Positions 28,284-38,125 of a stretch of 64,000 bases of DNA are shown in pieces. A program made the translations under genes and the position numbers. The first letter of the stretch is position 1. Every line of letters starts with the position of its first letter. The stretch covers positions 2,919 through 66,918 of IMG/VR virus record IMGVR_UViG_3300020438_006740. One strand, given 5' to 3'. The notes beneath the pieces are model-generated. The model worked only from the letters and a program-made list of their open reading frames with translations. It searched no databases and was not told the origin of the DNA. The DNA comes from a virus.

Positions 28284-28851
28284 CCGATGGGTCGAACTGC
28301 TCAACAAATGTTCCATTTTTCCAGGTCCTAACAACGAAGGATTCTTCAGATAGGGTAAATACCGCAATAATATCTTCTCTTGTGGAGAAAGAGGCAGCGC
28401 TAATATGTCTTGTTCCGCATCCATCTGGAACATCCAAAGATGAATCATCTACTACCAAATAGATTTTTGAGCCTATAATTTGACCGTTTCTATTAACTAT
28501 TATTGCGCCATCTGCTCCCTCCCTCATGAGGGAGGATATATCTTTTTGAAAAGATTCTTCACAGATATTTATATACTTCTGTACCGGATTAACACCAATT
28601 TGTCTCACACCATACACGGTATGGTCATCAGATTTATCAAATGTTCCAAGAACAATTATTAATCCCGTGTTTTTTTGTTTTTTAAAAGTTTCTTTTGAAA
28701 GATCACATAAAAGTGAAAATATTTTTTTTTCTACTTTTTGAAAGTCTCTTGCTGCATTAAATTGATATGAAAAATCAATATGAGAAATCTTTCTTATAAT
28801 TTCTTTACCTTGAGCGGCAACTTCAACACCCATACTGTTTTCCTCAGACAT
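28276..28851 (-). CDS. diadenylate cyclase (DisA_N/DAC domain), stand-alone
   Basis: DGAIIV, GCGTRHISAA and LSEES motifs. Confidence 0.85.
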   Translation of the reverse strand: MSEENSMGVEVAAQGKEIIRKISHIDFSYQFNAARDFQKVEKKIFSLLCDLSKETFKKQKNTGLIIVLGTFDKSDDHTVYGVRQIGVNPVQKYINICEESFQKDISSLMREGADGAIIVNRNGQIIGSKIYLVVDDSSLDVPDGCGTRHISAASFSTREDIIAVFTLSEESFVVRTWKNGTFVEQFDPSDE

Positions 28852-30236
28852 TACCCACCAAATCCAAGCTCATCATAAGTATAATTTATGACTTCATTAT
28901 TATGAGCTATTGTTTCTAGATTTACAGGAGACTTCCAAGCCTCATAAACGTATTCCAAAACTTTTTCTACGTGTTTTGCATCCAAAGTGCCTATCTCTTT
29001 AGAGATGTGATTTAGCTGTAAAAACCCATCTTCAATACCGGTTATTACTATAAGTGGAGCACGATAATTGTAGAGATCTTTTGTCAGAGATTCTACAACC
29101 CTATCTAGATCTGTGCCAGTTACGTGTATTCCCTTATCGCCAGTGGGCGTCTGGATATCTTTATAGCTAAACAATTTTAGCTCTTCTGACAACTCTTTTG
29201 TTAGATAGTTTCTCAAGAAAGAAATATCATCCTCTGTTTCGACGACTCTGTATATTTTTTCTAACCCATTTATATCAGACTCTCCAGCCTCATAAAGCGC
29301 ATCCCACCTTTCTTTTATTTCTGTAAATATTTTAAAACCTAAAAAGTAAGGATTAATATTTAGGTTATTTCCTCCTGGCTGAACAACCTTTTCGTGTATC
29401 CCGCAAAAATCAAGGTGCTCTCCATGATTTATGCACTCTAAATCTGACATAAGATAAGCATGTATAAAGCTTGCGAATCCCTCGTTCATTATCTTGGTCA
29501 TATACTGAGGATAAAAGTAATAAGACTCTTCTCTTATTATTTCCAGAACATCTGCCTGCCATGACTCTAGTTGCTTTGAGTAATTTATTAAAAACCAAAG
29601 AATATCTTTTTCCGGATTAGGAGGGAAGTTATTCTTTGGAATAACCATCTTTTTGGACAAACTCTTTGGGTCTAAAAGATCAGAAAACTCATCTTTAGCA
29701 ACATCTTTAAAATATTTCTTTTTTCTTGGGTATTTTTTACGACTTATACCCTTGTGCCAATCAATATGTTTGTCTAAAGCAAAGCCTATATCCATAACTC
29801 GCTCTACAGCATCAATTCCATATTTTTGAATGTATTCTTCGATTCTTTGTGCTCTTTCCGCAGCATGATAAACCATTTTGTTGTCAGTTTGTTTAAAGAG
29901 ATAGTTATTTTTAAAAAAATGAACGTGCCCAATAACATGAGCAGCAACCATTGTGTTGGCTATATCCGAATTTGTATCAAGCAGAAATGCATAAGAAGGG
30001 TTGTTATTTAATACGACTTCATAAATTTTCGAAAAACCCATCTCGCCTTGCATTTTTTGATAATCATAAGATTGACCATAACTCCAGTGCCTAGCTCTAG
30101 TTGGAAGGCCGTAACTCACAACCTCAAGCATAGTTTCTTGAGAAACTACTTCATAATTTATAGGATACGGATCAAGACTTATATTTTCAGCCATTTTCTC
30201 TAGAATCTTAATGCGCTCGCTCAAAACCTTATTCAT
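28851..30236 (-). CDS. spoVR: SpoVR/YcgB family protein
   Basis: GLP.R..HWS.G, IYEVVLN, AHVIGH.HFFKNN, TKIMNEGFAS and NPY.LG motifs. Confidence 0.93.
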   Translation of the reverse strand: MNKVLSERIKILEKMAENISLDPYPINYEVVSQETMLEVVSYGLPTRARHWSYGQSYDYQKMQGEMGFSKIYEVVLNNNPSYAFLLDTNSDIANTMVAAHVIGHVHFFKNNYLFKQTDNKMVYHAAERAQRIEEYIQKYGIDAVERVMDIGFALDKHIDWHKGISRKKYPRKKKYFKDVAKDEFSDLLDPKSLSKKMVIPKNNFPPNPEKDILWFLINYSKQLESWQADVLEIIREESYYFYPQYMTKIMNEGFASFIHAYLMSDLECINHGEHLDFCGIHEKVVQPGGNNLNINPYFLGFKIFTEIKERWDALYEAGESDINGLEKIYRVVETEDDISFLRNYLTKELSEELKLFSYKDIQTPTGDKGIHVTGTDLDRVVESLTKDLYNYRAPLIVITGIEDGFLQLNHISKEIGTLDAKHVEKVLEYVYEAWKSPVNLETIAHNNEVINYTYDELGFGG

Positions 30237-31420
30237 TTTTTAACCTTTTTATAAGCTCTGCCATCTACATTGAAGAATAACTTTAAAGCATCAAAGACTT
30301 CGTCTTTAGATGATACTCTCATTGAGACGAATCGTGTTCTTTTGACTGAATCTTCAAGCATATAAGATAGCTTATTAGAGTCAGAACCCCAACTATAAGA
30401 ATCTCCAAGATCTATCTCCCCGTAGCCAATCGCCCTAACCATTGGTAGCATTTTTCTAACATAGTCAATAACCAGCTTGTTGTCATCAACCCAGTTATCT
30501 CCATCGCTAAATTCAAAAATATAATTGTTCCACTGATCAGCAGGGTGGTTCTCGCACATGTGTTCATAAGCCAACTTAAATGCAGAAGAGCATTTTGTTC
30601 CGCCAGATCCACTCATGCTGAAAAATTCTTTTTCAGAAGTGGTAAAAGCCTTTACATCATGGGCTATAAAAACAAGAGATATATTTTTGTATCTTCTTTT
30701 TAAGAACTGAACCATCCAAAAGTAAAAGCTTTTTGCGATAAAAACTTTATCTTTTGTCATAGAACCACTTATATCCATCATAAGATATACAGCGGCATTA
30801 GAAAGATACTCTTTGTTTGTTTCGTAATGTCTGTAGCGAAGATCATCTTCATTAATTCCACCTATTTTCGCCTCACCTCTTGAGGCGTTTCGCTTAAGGT
30901 TTTGAATCAAAGTTTTCTTTAGGTCTAAATTTGGATAAATACCTTTTTTACTTATTGTAGATAATTCCTCTGTTTCTATCTCTATAAATGATGATTTTTC
31001 CGGTTCCATCCAGGGAAGGTCGAGCTCATCCATAAGAATTTCGACAAGCTCATCTATTGTGACTTCTGCGTCATAAAAGACCTCGCCCTCTTTGTCGCCA
31101 GCCTTTTGAGGGTTGCCTTTCTTTTTCTTTTTTCCAAGACGAAACTTATCCCCACCCTTAACATCAAGGCCTTGGCCCGTTCCAGAGCTGTTCTTTAGTC
31201 TGCCATACTTAAATCTATACTTATCTAAAAATCTAATAGGAACTTTTATTTTTTTATCACCATCTGAGGTGATAATGTTGTGCTCTGTGATTAGATCTTT
31301 TCCATTTTTTCTAATGGCATCATTTACAAGCTTTTTATGTCTTTCGGAGTCTCTTTTACCTCTCTGCTTTAGCCTCCAAATATCAGAGAGGTTTTCTCCA
31401 GACTTTGGAGTATCTGACAT
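30233..31420 (-). CDS. yeaH: YeaH/YhbH (DUF444) vWA-like protein
   Basis: DLRYR, MMDISGSM (MIDAS), FIAHD, GGT.CSSA and FSDGDNW motifs. Confidence 0.92.
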   Translation of the reverse strand: MSDTPKSGENLSDIWRLKQRGKRDSERHKKLVNDAIRKNGKDLITEHNIITSDGDKKIKVPIRFLDKYRFKYGRLKNSSGTGQGLDVKGGDKFRLGKKKKKGNPQKAGDKEGEVFYDAEVTIDELVEILMDELDLPWMEPEKSSFIEIETEELSTISKKGIYPNLDLKKTLIQNLKRNASRGEAKIGGINEDDLRYRHYETNKEYLSNAAVYLMMDISGSMTKDKVFIAKSFYFWMVQFLKRRYKNISLVFIAHDVKAFTTSEKEFFSMSGSGGTKCSSAFKLAYEHMCENHPADQWNNYIFEFSDGDNWVDDNKLVIDYVRKMLPMVRAIGYGEIDLGDSYSWGSDSNKLSYMLEDSVKRTRFVSMRVSSKDEVFDALKLFFNVDGRAYKKVKK

Positions 31421-31421
31421 G

Positions 31422-33341
31422 TTAATTCCTTGCCATTAGAGAGCTTACATATCTCAAAAGCTTATTAGCGCTTTCTGCATTATACCCATGCTTGTCACAA
31501 AGAGTTTGCACAACAACATTTACTCTCTTAAGCTCTTCTTCATCTGGATTTCTGGCAGAAACTGTTAATCTGATAACGTCCTGTCTCTCGTCAAATAGCT
31601 GCTTTTCCAAAGCCTCTCTTAGGCGAGCATGCTCACGATAATCATAAGCCCCGCCATTTGTTCTTGCCGATTTTAACATCTTTCTGTAGATTTCCTGACG
31701 GAAAGAGTTTTTGCCTGACTCGGTTATTCCAACCTTTTCCTCAATAGAGCGCATCAAGCGCTCATTTGGAGGAGAGTACTCTCCCCACTCATCTTCAATC
31801 CTTGCTCCATCTAGGTAGGCGCCAACATGATCCATGTAATTTGAAAGAAGATTCTGTATTTCTGCCTCAAAATTTACAAAGAATGCTTTTTGAACTTCAT
31901 TTCGCGCTACCTTAGAGTATTCTTCAATAACTGTAGTAAGAATGTTTTCCAATCTTTCAATCTCATCTTTATCTAGCTTTGGGTTAGAAGCAAAACCATC
32001 TCTGACAACTCTTATCGCATCAATTGGTGTGATGCAGCTTGTATTATCTTGTGCTAGAGCAGACGAAAGTCTATTTATAATATATCTCGGAGAAACACCA
32101 GACATGCCTTCCGCCTCAAACTCTTTTCTCAAAGTGGGAATGTCAGTCTGAGAGAATCCCTCAATCTCTTCTCCGTCATATAGCTTCATTTTATTTAGCG
32201 GAGTTAACCCATTATTTTTTGATTCTTTCAATCTAGATAAAATGGCAAACATTGCTGCACAATATAGGGTATATGGAGCAATATGAACTCCATTAAATCT
32301 TGCTTGCCCAATAAGCTTCTCATAAATTCTTACTTCTTCTGATACCTGGAGATTATAAGGAACTTTTACAACGATAATTCTATCATGAAGTGCCTCCATC
32401 TCATCCTTAGCTAAGAATCTTTTATATTCAGTCTCATTGGTGTGAGCTAGCAAGAACTCATCTGCATAAATAAAAGGAAATCTTCCTGTTTTAATATTTT
32501 TCTCTTGAGCCAAAGTAAGCAAAACATATAAAAACTTTTGATCAACCTTGAGCATCTCGACAAACTCCATGATGCCTCTGTTTGCAACATTTAGCTCTCC
32601 ATCAAATCTATATGCTCTTGGGTCTGACTCTGATCCGAACTGCCCAATCTTGCTCAGATCCATAGAGCCAACTAGCTCTGATACATCTTGACTCTTTTTA
32701 TCAGAGGGAACAAAGGTTCCAACACCAATGCGAGACTGCTCTGAAAAGAACATTCTTTTAACAGGTAGCCTCAAGAAGTCTCCTTCGTACTTTTCTTTTA
32801 ATACAAGATCCATGTAAGGAGACAGCTGGCCATCAATCTTTACTCCATAATCATCCAAAAACTTCTGCCTTAAAGCCTTTGGCACTGCAGTGAGAGGGTC
32901 CTCATACATTGGGGATTCTTCTAAGCAGTAGGTTTGACCCAACTCTGTTTTCGAAAAAGCTTCAAGACCTTTCTTTAGAAGAACAGATAGCTGAGATTTG
33001 CCGGATGAAGTTGGTCCATAAAGAAGCAAAATTCTCCTAGAAACCTCTGATCCTGCCGAAGCAGCTTTTAAATAAGATATAATCTCAGACAAAGATTCAT
33101 CTATTCCAAAAAGATCATTGTCAAAAAAGTTATATTTCTTTACAGAGTTATCTTCTGCTCTTTCAATTCCATGAGATTCAATCATCTTAAGAACTCTTGT
33201 GTGAGAGCTCATATGAATCTCTGGATTATCCAGAACTAATTGAATATAGTCAGCTAAAGTTCCGCTCCAATTTAAAGAGCTTGTTTCATCTACATGATTC
33301 TCTAGCAGAGAGAGAAGGTCTGTCTTTTTTGACTTGGGCAT
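31422..33341 (-). CDS. prkA: PrkA/YeaG family AAA+ protein (annotated serine kinase)
   Basis: LLYGPTSSGKS, ESDPRAY.FDGEL..ANRG..EFVEMLK, HTNE.EY and EGMSGVSPRY motifs. Confidence 0.95.
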   Translation of the reverse strand: MPKSKKTDLLSLLENHVDETSSLNWSGTLADYIQLVLDNPEIHMSSHTRVLKMIESHGIERAEDNSVKKYNFFDNDLFGIDESLSEIISYLKAASAGSEVSRRILLLYGPTSSGKSQLSVLLKKGLEAFSKTELGQTYCLEESPMYEDPLTAVPKALRQKFLDDYGVKIDGQLSPYMDLVLKEKYEGDFLRLPVKRMFFSEQSRIGVGTFVPSDKKSQDVSELVGSMDLSKIGQFGSESDPRAYRFDGELNVANRGIMEFVEMLKVDQKFLYVLLTLAQEKNIKTGRFPFIYADEFLLAHTNETEYKRFLAKDEMEALHDRIIVVKVPYNLQVSEEVRIYEKLIGQARFNGVHIAPYTLYCAAMFAILSRLKESKNNGLTPLNKMKLYDGEEIEGFSQTDIPTLRKEFEAEGMSGVSPRYIINRLSSALAQDNTSCITPIDAIRVVRDGFASNPKLDKDEIERLENILTTVIEEYSKVARNEVQKAFFVNFEAEIQNLLSNYMDHVGAYLDGARIEDEWGEYSPPNERLMRSIEEKVGITESGKNSFRQEIYRKMLKSARTNGGAYDYREHARLREALEKQLFDERQDVIRLTVSARNPDEEELKRVNVVVQTLCDKHGYNAESANKLLRYVSSLMARN

Positions 33342-33344
33342 ATC

Positions 33345-33632
33345 TTAGTTTTCTCCATATATATTTCTAATTGTTCTTAAATCACCAGATCTTACTTTAT
33401 TTGCAATCTTTCTAGCTTCATCTTTTACTTCGCTCATAATTGTTTGTTTGTCTTTATTTATCTTACTAGACAAAGCTCCAAATACTTGGTTGAATTCGCA
33501 AGCTTCACCACAATTACTGCACTCTACCTGCTTAAAGTGATCTGAATTTTTTAACTCTAAATAAAGAGCTATAGAAAGGCTATACTCAACTTCTGCAGAA
33601 CAGTTTGTGCATGAATATTTGTACTTAGCCAT
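33345..33632 (-). CDS. FmdB-like zinc-ribbon protein
   Basis: YKYSCTNC...CSNCG. Confidence 0.65.
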   Translation of the reverse strand: MAKYKYSCTNCSAEVEYSLSIALYLELKNSDHFKQVECSNCGEACEFNQVFGALSSKINKDKQTIMSEVKDEARKIANKVRSGDLRTIRNIYGEN

Positions 33633-33818
33633 TTAATCAACCTCTTCTGAATTATATAATACGATATCTTCTTCAACTTTTAATTTTCCAGCTAAAGAAA
33701 AATCTCTCATTATCTTTTTTCTAAACTTAGGGTCTGTAATTTTTATTGTAATCTCTAAATCATCAGTATTTGTGTCATATTTAAATGATTTAATTTTACC
33801 TACTTCCTTTTCCTTCAT
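33633..33818 (-). CDS. hypothetical protein
   Basis: 61 aa, in the coupled gene run. Confidence 0.55.
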   Translation of the reverse strand: MKEKEVGKIKSFKYDTNTDDLEITIKITDPKFRKKIMRDFSLAGKLKVEEDIVLYNSEEVD

Positions 33819-34143
33819 AAAGTGACTCTATAGCATTTTTAATATGTGGATTTTCTAGCTCATTTATAAAAAATAACAAATCAGCTTTTGGAAGCTTTTC
33901 GGCGCAAACTATTGAGGCTATAGGTATATGTAGAATAAAGATTGGCTTATCGAAACCGGGGATCTCTTCTTTGTTATCATCTATAGGCACGACGGCCAAA
34001 GAACTATCTTTAGTTGAGTGATTCTTAAATATATATTTTTTTGGTCTAGATGTCGGATCATCATAAACGGTTTTTAATGTAATTAAATCATTTTTTCTAA
34101 AAGTGCAAAATAAATTATCTTTAGATTTCATTCTCATCTCCAA
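33796..34143 (-). CDS. hypothetical protein
   Basis: About 112 aa; start may be 34131. Confidence 0.55.
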   Translation of the reverse strand: MEMRMKSKDNLFCTFRKNDLITLKTVYDDPTSRPKKYIFKNHSTKDSSLAVVPIDDNKEEIPGFDKPIFILHIPIASIVCAEKLPKADLLFFINELENPHIKNAIESLYEGKGSR

Positions 34144-35488
34144 AATCCTCTACCCAATCATCTGGCATACTTTCAATTCTAGAGTTTGGAAACACTTTTC
34201 TTAGCGATACTTTGCCTTTTGCTCCATCTCTATTTTTGACAATATGCAACTCCATATCTTCTCTTAGAAGCTCATCTTCCCTGTTAGCTATTACGAAAAC
34301 AATCGCCGCATTATCACCAATCATCTTTGACCGACCCAAATCCTCTAGCGACGGATCATCAATCTTTTTGCCATTAGCCTTTTTTTGCTGCGCTTTTCTC
34401 TGTGCAGCTGTGACAACTGGTATGTTTTTCTTTCTGCAAAACTCATGTAGTTCCTCTGAAACTTTGCCTACATCAAGCCAGTCAGACCCTACTTGCCCAA
34501 TTGTTGGCTTCATTAGCTGTAGATAATCAATAAAAATCGCATCTGGCTTAAATACGCCCATAAGATTTTCATATTTAGCCTCAATCTCCCCCATGGTTGT
34601 TCCACGAGGCATATCTAGAATATAAAATATTTTATTATATTCTTTTTGAAATTCTAAGTTTTTAATCCAGCGCTTTTCCTCTTCGTCGGTAAGCTGGGCT
34701 CTCGCAATACCGCGATGCCTTACGTTTGCAGCGTTTGCGTCAACCCTTTGCTCAAGCTGCTTTTTGCTCATTTCGCAAGAAACATAAAGTATATTCTTGC
34801 CATCATTAAAGCCGGTAATACCTTCTGATGGTACATTTGAACCCAACCAAGCGTTGATGGCCATATTCATCATAAGCATAGATTTACCAGACGAGCTTGC
34901 GCCGCCAATTACAAGCATCTCTGAGTTCTTAATACCCCAGGTGTAATCGTCAAGCTCTTTGTAGCCGGAAAGAAAACCCCTGATCTCATCAGGGTTTTCC
35001 ATAGTATACTTGTAATCGTCAACTCTTGAGTCTACAGATTCGGTTACATTACCCTCTGTAAAAACATCAGACTTATAAAGCCTTTCTGTTTTTGCAATTA
35101 CTCTTTTTAGCTCATCATTGTAGTCGGTTAGCGATTCGCGATCGACATCAAGATGCTCTGCTTTTTCTGCAAGCTGAGAGACTAGGTATTTATTGTACCT
35201 TTCTTTGACTCTATCAATATAGAATCCTATTTCATTTTGCTCGCAGTTCTCGTCTTTGATAAAGTCAATAATATCAACAGCTTCTTCCTCCGCATCTAGG
35301 AGTTTTTCCAAAACCTCATAAGAAGGAGGGCTTTTATGCCTAGAGTAATAAGAGTGAATTTGTAGAGCTGCAGGCTTGAAGTTAGGAAGAATGACCAACT
35401 TTAATAGGTCAAACTCTATCTGCATATAAACGTCATTTACATTGGACGGACCTTTTAGCATCCAATTTAAAATTTTAGCATCGTGCAT
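34121..35488 (-). CDS. dnaB: replicative DnaB-like helicase
   Basis: GGASSSGKS, SCEM, IDYLQLM and KNRDG motifs. Confidence 0.9.
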   Translation of the reverse strand: MHDAKILNWMLKGPSNVNDVYMQIEFDLLKLVILPNFKPAALQIHSYYSRHKSPPSYEVLEKLLDAEEEAVDIIDFIKDENCEQNEIGFYIDRVKERYNKYLVSQLAEKAEHLDVDRESLTDYNDELKRVIAKTERLYKSDVFTEGNVTESVDSRVDDYKYTMENPDEIRGFLSGYKELDDYTWGIKNSEMLVIGGASSSGKSMLMMNMAINAWLGSNVPSEGITGFNDGKNILYVSCEMSKKQLEQRVDANAANVRHRGIARAQLTDEEEKRWIKNLEFQKEYNKIFYILDMPRGTTMGEIEAKYENLMGVFKPDAIFIDYLQLMKPTIGQVGSDWLDVGKVSEELHEFCRKKNIPVVTAAQRKAQQKKANGKKIDDPSLEDLGRSKMIGDNAAIVFVIANREDELLREDMELHIVKNRDGAKGKVSLRKVFPNSRIESMPDDWVEDFGDENEI

Positions 35489-36163
35489 CTATTTTCTCCG
35501 ATAATCCTTTCCACCGACTATAAACACATCGACATGTCTTGACCTAAGGGATTTGAAAGATTTTGCAAAGAACCCTCCAAATATTGAATCTAGATCGTTG
35601 TCATTCGAGCATAAGATTGTTGGAAGCTGATTTTGAAACCTAGTCCTCAGAACATACTCCAAGGAGGTTCCAAATAACTGCTCTGCTTTTTCCGATGGAA
35701 AAATCCAGTGAGAAGAAAACTCATCAATAACAAGAAAATCCTTTTTGATAAGTTCTTGATAATATCTAGAGGTGTCCATCTGACTTGAAAGAATATTTGC
35801 TACAACATCAGCCATAGTCGTATAAAGGGCTGAATATCTATTTGCTATAGCTAGCTTCAGAATACAACATGCAGTATAAGTTTTGCCCGTTCCAAGGTTT
35901 CCTGCAAATATTAGTGATTTACCACTGTCATAAAGCAGGTCTATATTTTCAATTTTTTTCCTTATTGTTTTTTTAAAATTCGGATCTCCCTCAAAGTTCT
36001 TAAACGATTTTGACCAATATTCGACAGGAATATTGGCCAAAGAGTATTTGTCTAGTCTTACTGATTTTGCTTCACATCTAATGCATCCTTCTCCATTGCA
36101 GGGTATACAAGACTGCTTTATTTGCTCTTTCTTTCTCTCAATCTTTTTCCATGGTATCATCAT
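35489..36163 (-). CDS. DnaC/IstB-like helicase loader ATPase
   Basis: N-terminal CxxC/CxxC, GNLGTGKT, LVIDE, R.R.QNQLPTI and GKDYRR; start MMIPW. Confidence 0.85.
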   Translation of the reverse strand: MMIPWKKIERKKEQIKQSCIPCNGEGCIRCEAKSVRLDKYSLANIPVEYWSKSFKNFEGDPNFKKTIRKKIENIDLLYDSGKSLIFAGNLGTGKTYTACCILKLAIANRYSALYTTMADVVANILSSQMDTSRYYQELIKKDFLVIDEFSSHWIFPSEKAEQLFGTSLEYVLRTRFQNQLPTILCSNDNDLDSIFGGFFAKSFKSLRSRHVDVFIVGGKDYRRK

Positions 36164-36539
36164 TAATCCCAAATGATATTTTTGAATTATGCTTATCGTC
36201 CCCAAAGAATACTGAAAACTCATCCTCGTTCTTTGCACCAACTAAGGATGAGGGAATCGATAAAGTCGAATCATCATAAGATATTCCGTTCATTGGAAAG
36301 TCAGCCCCAGACCTTACTGGTCTGCCTTCAGGAACAGGATAATCATGCCCCGGCCTACTGTCATTAGAATTTTGCAAAACGGACATTGCAGAAATCTTTG
36401 ATCTAAAAACAACCGTCAAAATTCCTTTGCTTTCAATAATAATTTTTTGCTCTTCAAATATCTTTACCTTTCCAGATATTTGCCAGCCACCTTCTAGATA
36501 AAAGGCAACTTCTTTGCCTATAATAACCGAATTATCCAT
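36138..36539 (-). CDS. Hfq/Sm-fold protein with acidic C-terminal tail
   Basis: V.FYLEGG..ISGKV..FE...III...VVFRSKISAM aligns with the Hfq Sm1/Sm2 motifs. Confidence 0.6.
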   Translation of the reverse strand: MDNSVIIGKEVAFYLEGGWQISGKVKIFEEQKIIIESKGILTVVFRSKISAMSVLQNSNDSRPGHDYPVPEGRPVRSGADFPMNGISYDDSTLSIPSSLVGAKNEDEFSVFFGDDKHNSKISFGINDDTMEKD

Positions 36540-36738
36540 CTTTTTTCCTTAGTTTGTCTGCTATAATGGATCTCACCGTTATTGCAGGCCTTACCTTTCC
36601 TTCTTTTTTGTGAACGTAAGAATCATCTATTGAATCAATTTGTAACTGGCAATAAACAGAGCAAAACAAGCCTGGTGATGCGTCGTAATAAATGTACCCT
36701 TTGTTACATACAGAGCATTTTCCGCTGTGTTTCGCCAT
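36532..36738 (-). CDS. small Zn-ribbon protein
   Basis: CSVC...FCSVYC. Confidence 0.55.
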   Translation of the reverse strand: MAKHSGKCSVCNKGYIYYDASPGLFCSVYCQLQIDSIDDSYVHKKEGKVRPAITVRSIIADKLRKKDG

Positions 36739-36743
36739 TACTG

Positions 36744-37028
36744 CTAACCCCTAACTTCAGAGAGAATCTCTTCCGTAAGCCTATGGGCCCTAACCACTTC
36801 CTCTCCGCCCCTGTAAACAATCAAAGTGGGTACGCTCATTATTTTCGCAGACATCGCCTCTGATTTGCATAGCTGAATATCAGCATAAGCAACGTTACTC
36901 AGGTTTAGGCCAGCAACTTTTGGTTTCAAAACCTTACAGGGGGCGCACCAAGTGGCCCCAAACATAATCATACAAGTTTCATTATTTGAAATAAAACTTG
37001 CAAAAGTTTTATTATCTAACTTTATCAT
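36744..37028 (-). CDS. thioredoxin
   Basis: FGATWCAPC and IMSVPT motifs. Confidence 0.9.
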   Translation of the reverse strand: MIKLDNKTFASFISNNETCMIMFGATWCAPCKVLKPKVAGLNLSNVAYADIQLCKSEAMSAKIMSVPTLIVYRGGEEVVRAHRLTEEILSEVRG

Positions 37029-37122
37029 AGTTATCCTAAATTGTATATTTTACCACAAGGGTCTTTGTATTATACTGTATATCAAAATTAGTTCTTCCAA
37101 ATATTTTAAAGCCCTATATGAG

Positions 37123-37413
37123 CTATATTTTTGGATTATTTGGAGGTTCTGGCTCTACCACTCTTGGTCTAATGTCGTAACCATCATAGTATCTCAAGAG
37201 AGACTCTCTTTTGTATTTGTATTTTCCGCGATCAAGATCTGGATAAAAATACTGTTTTTTTGCAGCTTTAAGAAGAGAGTCTTCTGTATATTTTTCTGCA
37301 AGCTTTTTCGTGTCAAATGTTGCTAGTAACTCCTCTATATAAACGGTTTCGTTTGGATTATCATACCCGTTGTAGATAAGATCCTCTCTTGTTCCGTAAA
37401 GTTCATAATTCAT
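37123..37413 (-). CDS. hypothetical protein
   Basis: 96 aa, GGAGG SD. Confidence 0.6.
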   Translation of the reverse strand: MNYELYGTREDLIYNGYDNPNETVYIEELLATFDTKKLAEKYTEDSLLKAAKKQYFYPDLDRGKYKYKRESLLRYYDGYDIRPRVVEPEPPNNPKI

Positions 37414-37430
37414 CGCTCATCCTCCATGTA

Positions 37431-37919
37431 TTATCCTCCACTCTTTATCTCCCGCCCATCGGCGTCAATCAGCACAAGCGTGCAATTCAAGAGTTCTGCG
37501 AGTGCAACCCCTACCCATTGGACAATCTCGTCTAACCAAAATAAGCGGTGATTTAATGTCTCATAGTCCATTTTGTACCAAGCTAGTTCCATAGAGGCTT
37601 CTGTTATAGCCTTATCCAAGCCCTCCTGTATCACGTCACCGTCCCATGCGAGGACGAGTGCGCAGAGATCTGGGACTAAGGGCCACCACGAAGCGTTGTC
37701 GATCCACGACCTCCAACGCTCTCCATCCCAACAGGCAATCGGAGAGCGGGCACCGCACGCACCTTCAGCAATTAGCCTATGCGGGTCTTCTTTTGCGGGG
37801 ACCAGAAGAACTCCTTTGATCTTACTCATTTTATCTTCTTCCTTATTTTTACAACCAAATGAGCAGAAGAGATCGTGCTCAAAAGGCATCCTTCTTCCGC
37901 AGACAATACAATTAGTCAT
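37431..37919 (-). CDS. hypothetical protein with N-terminal Zn ribbon; second possible start at 37829
   Basis: MTNCIVCG...FCSFGC then MSKIKG; TAATG coupling at 37919. Confidence 0.5.
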   Translation of the reverse strand: MTNCIVCGRRMPFEHDLFCSFGCKNKEEDKMSKIKGVLLVPAKEDPHRLIAEGACGARSPIACWDGERWRSWIDNASWWPLVPDLCALVLAWDGDVIQEGLDKAITEASMELAWYKMDYETLNHRLFWLDEIVQWVGVALAELLNCTLVLIDADGREIKSGG

Positions 37920-38122
37920 TACTTCTCTCGAATATCTTTGGCATACCGAAGGCATGCCTTACCCAGCTTCTCTAGCTCGCGAGCATTCATGGGATTATCT
38001 TTTCCACAAACAGTTAACAAAGCTTTGCGTGGTTCTTCATCATCGTGCTCGGAGGGAGATAAAAGCGTTAGATATAAGCTGCCCTCGCCATCAGCAAACT
38101 CAATATATAGGTTCTTAGCCAC
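37919..38122 (-). CDS. hypothetical protein
   Basis: 67 aa, in the gene run. Confidence 0.5.
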   Translation of the reverse strand: MAKNLYIEFADGEGSLYLTLLSPSEHDDEEPRKALLTVCGKDNPMNARELEKLGKACLRYAKDIREK

Positions 38123-38125
38123 CTT

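Noticed and set aside
28284-28448. N-terminal extension of the sigma factor in the ORF track
   Set aside because: It overlaps the DAC gene in another frame; ATG 28283 fits coupling better
25924-35488. Inteins or introns in nrdA, prkA or dnaB
   Set aside because: Lengths are normal or compact, and no splice motifs are visible
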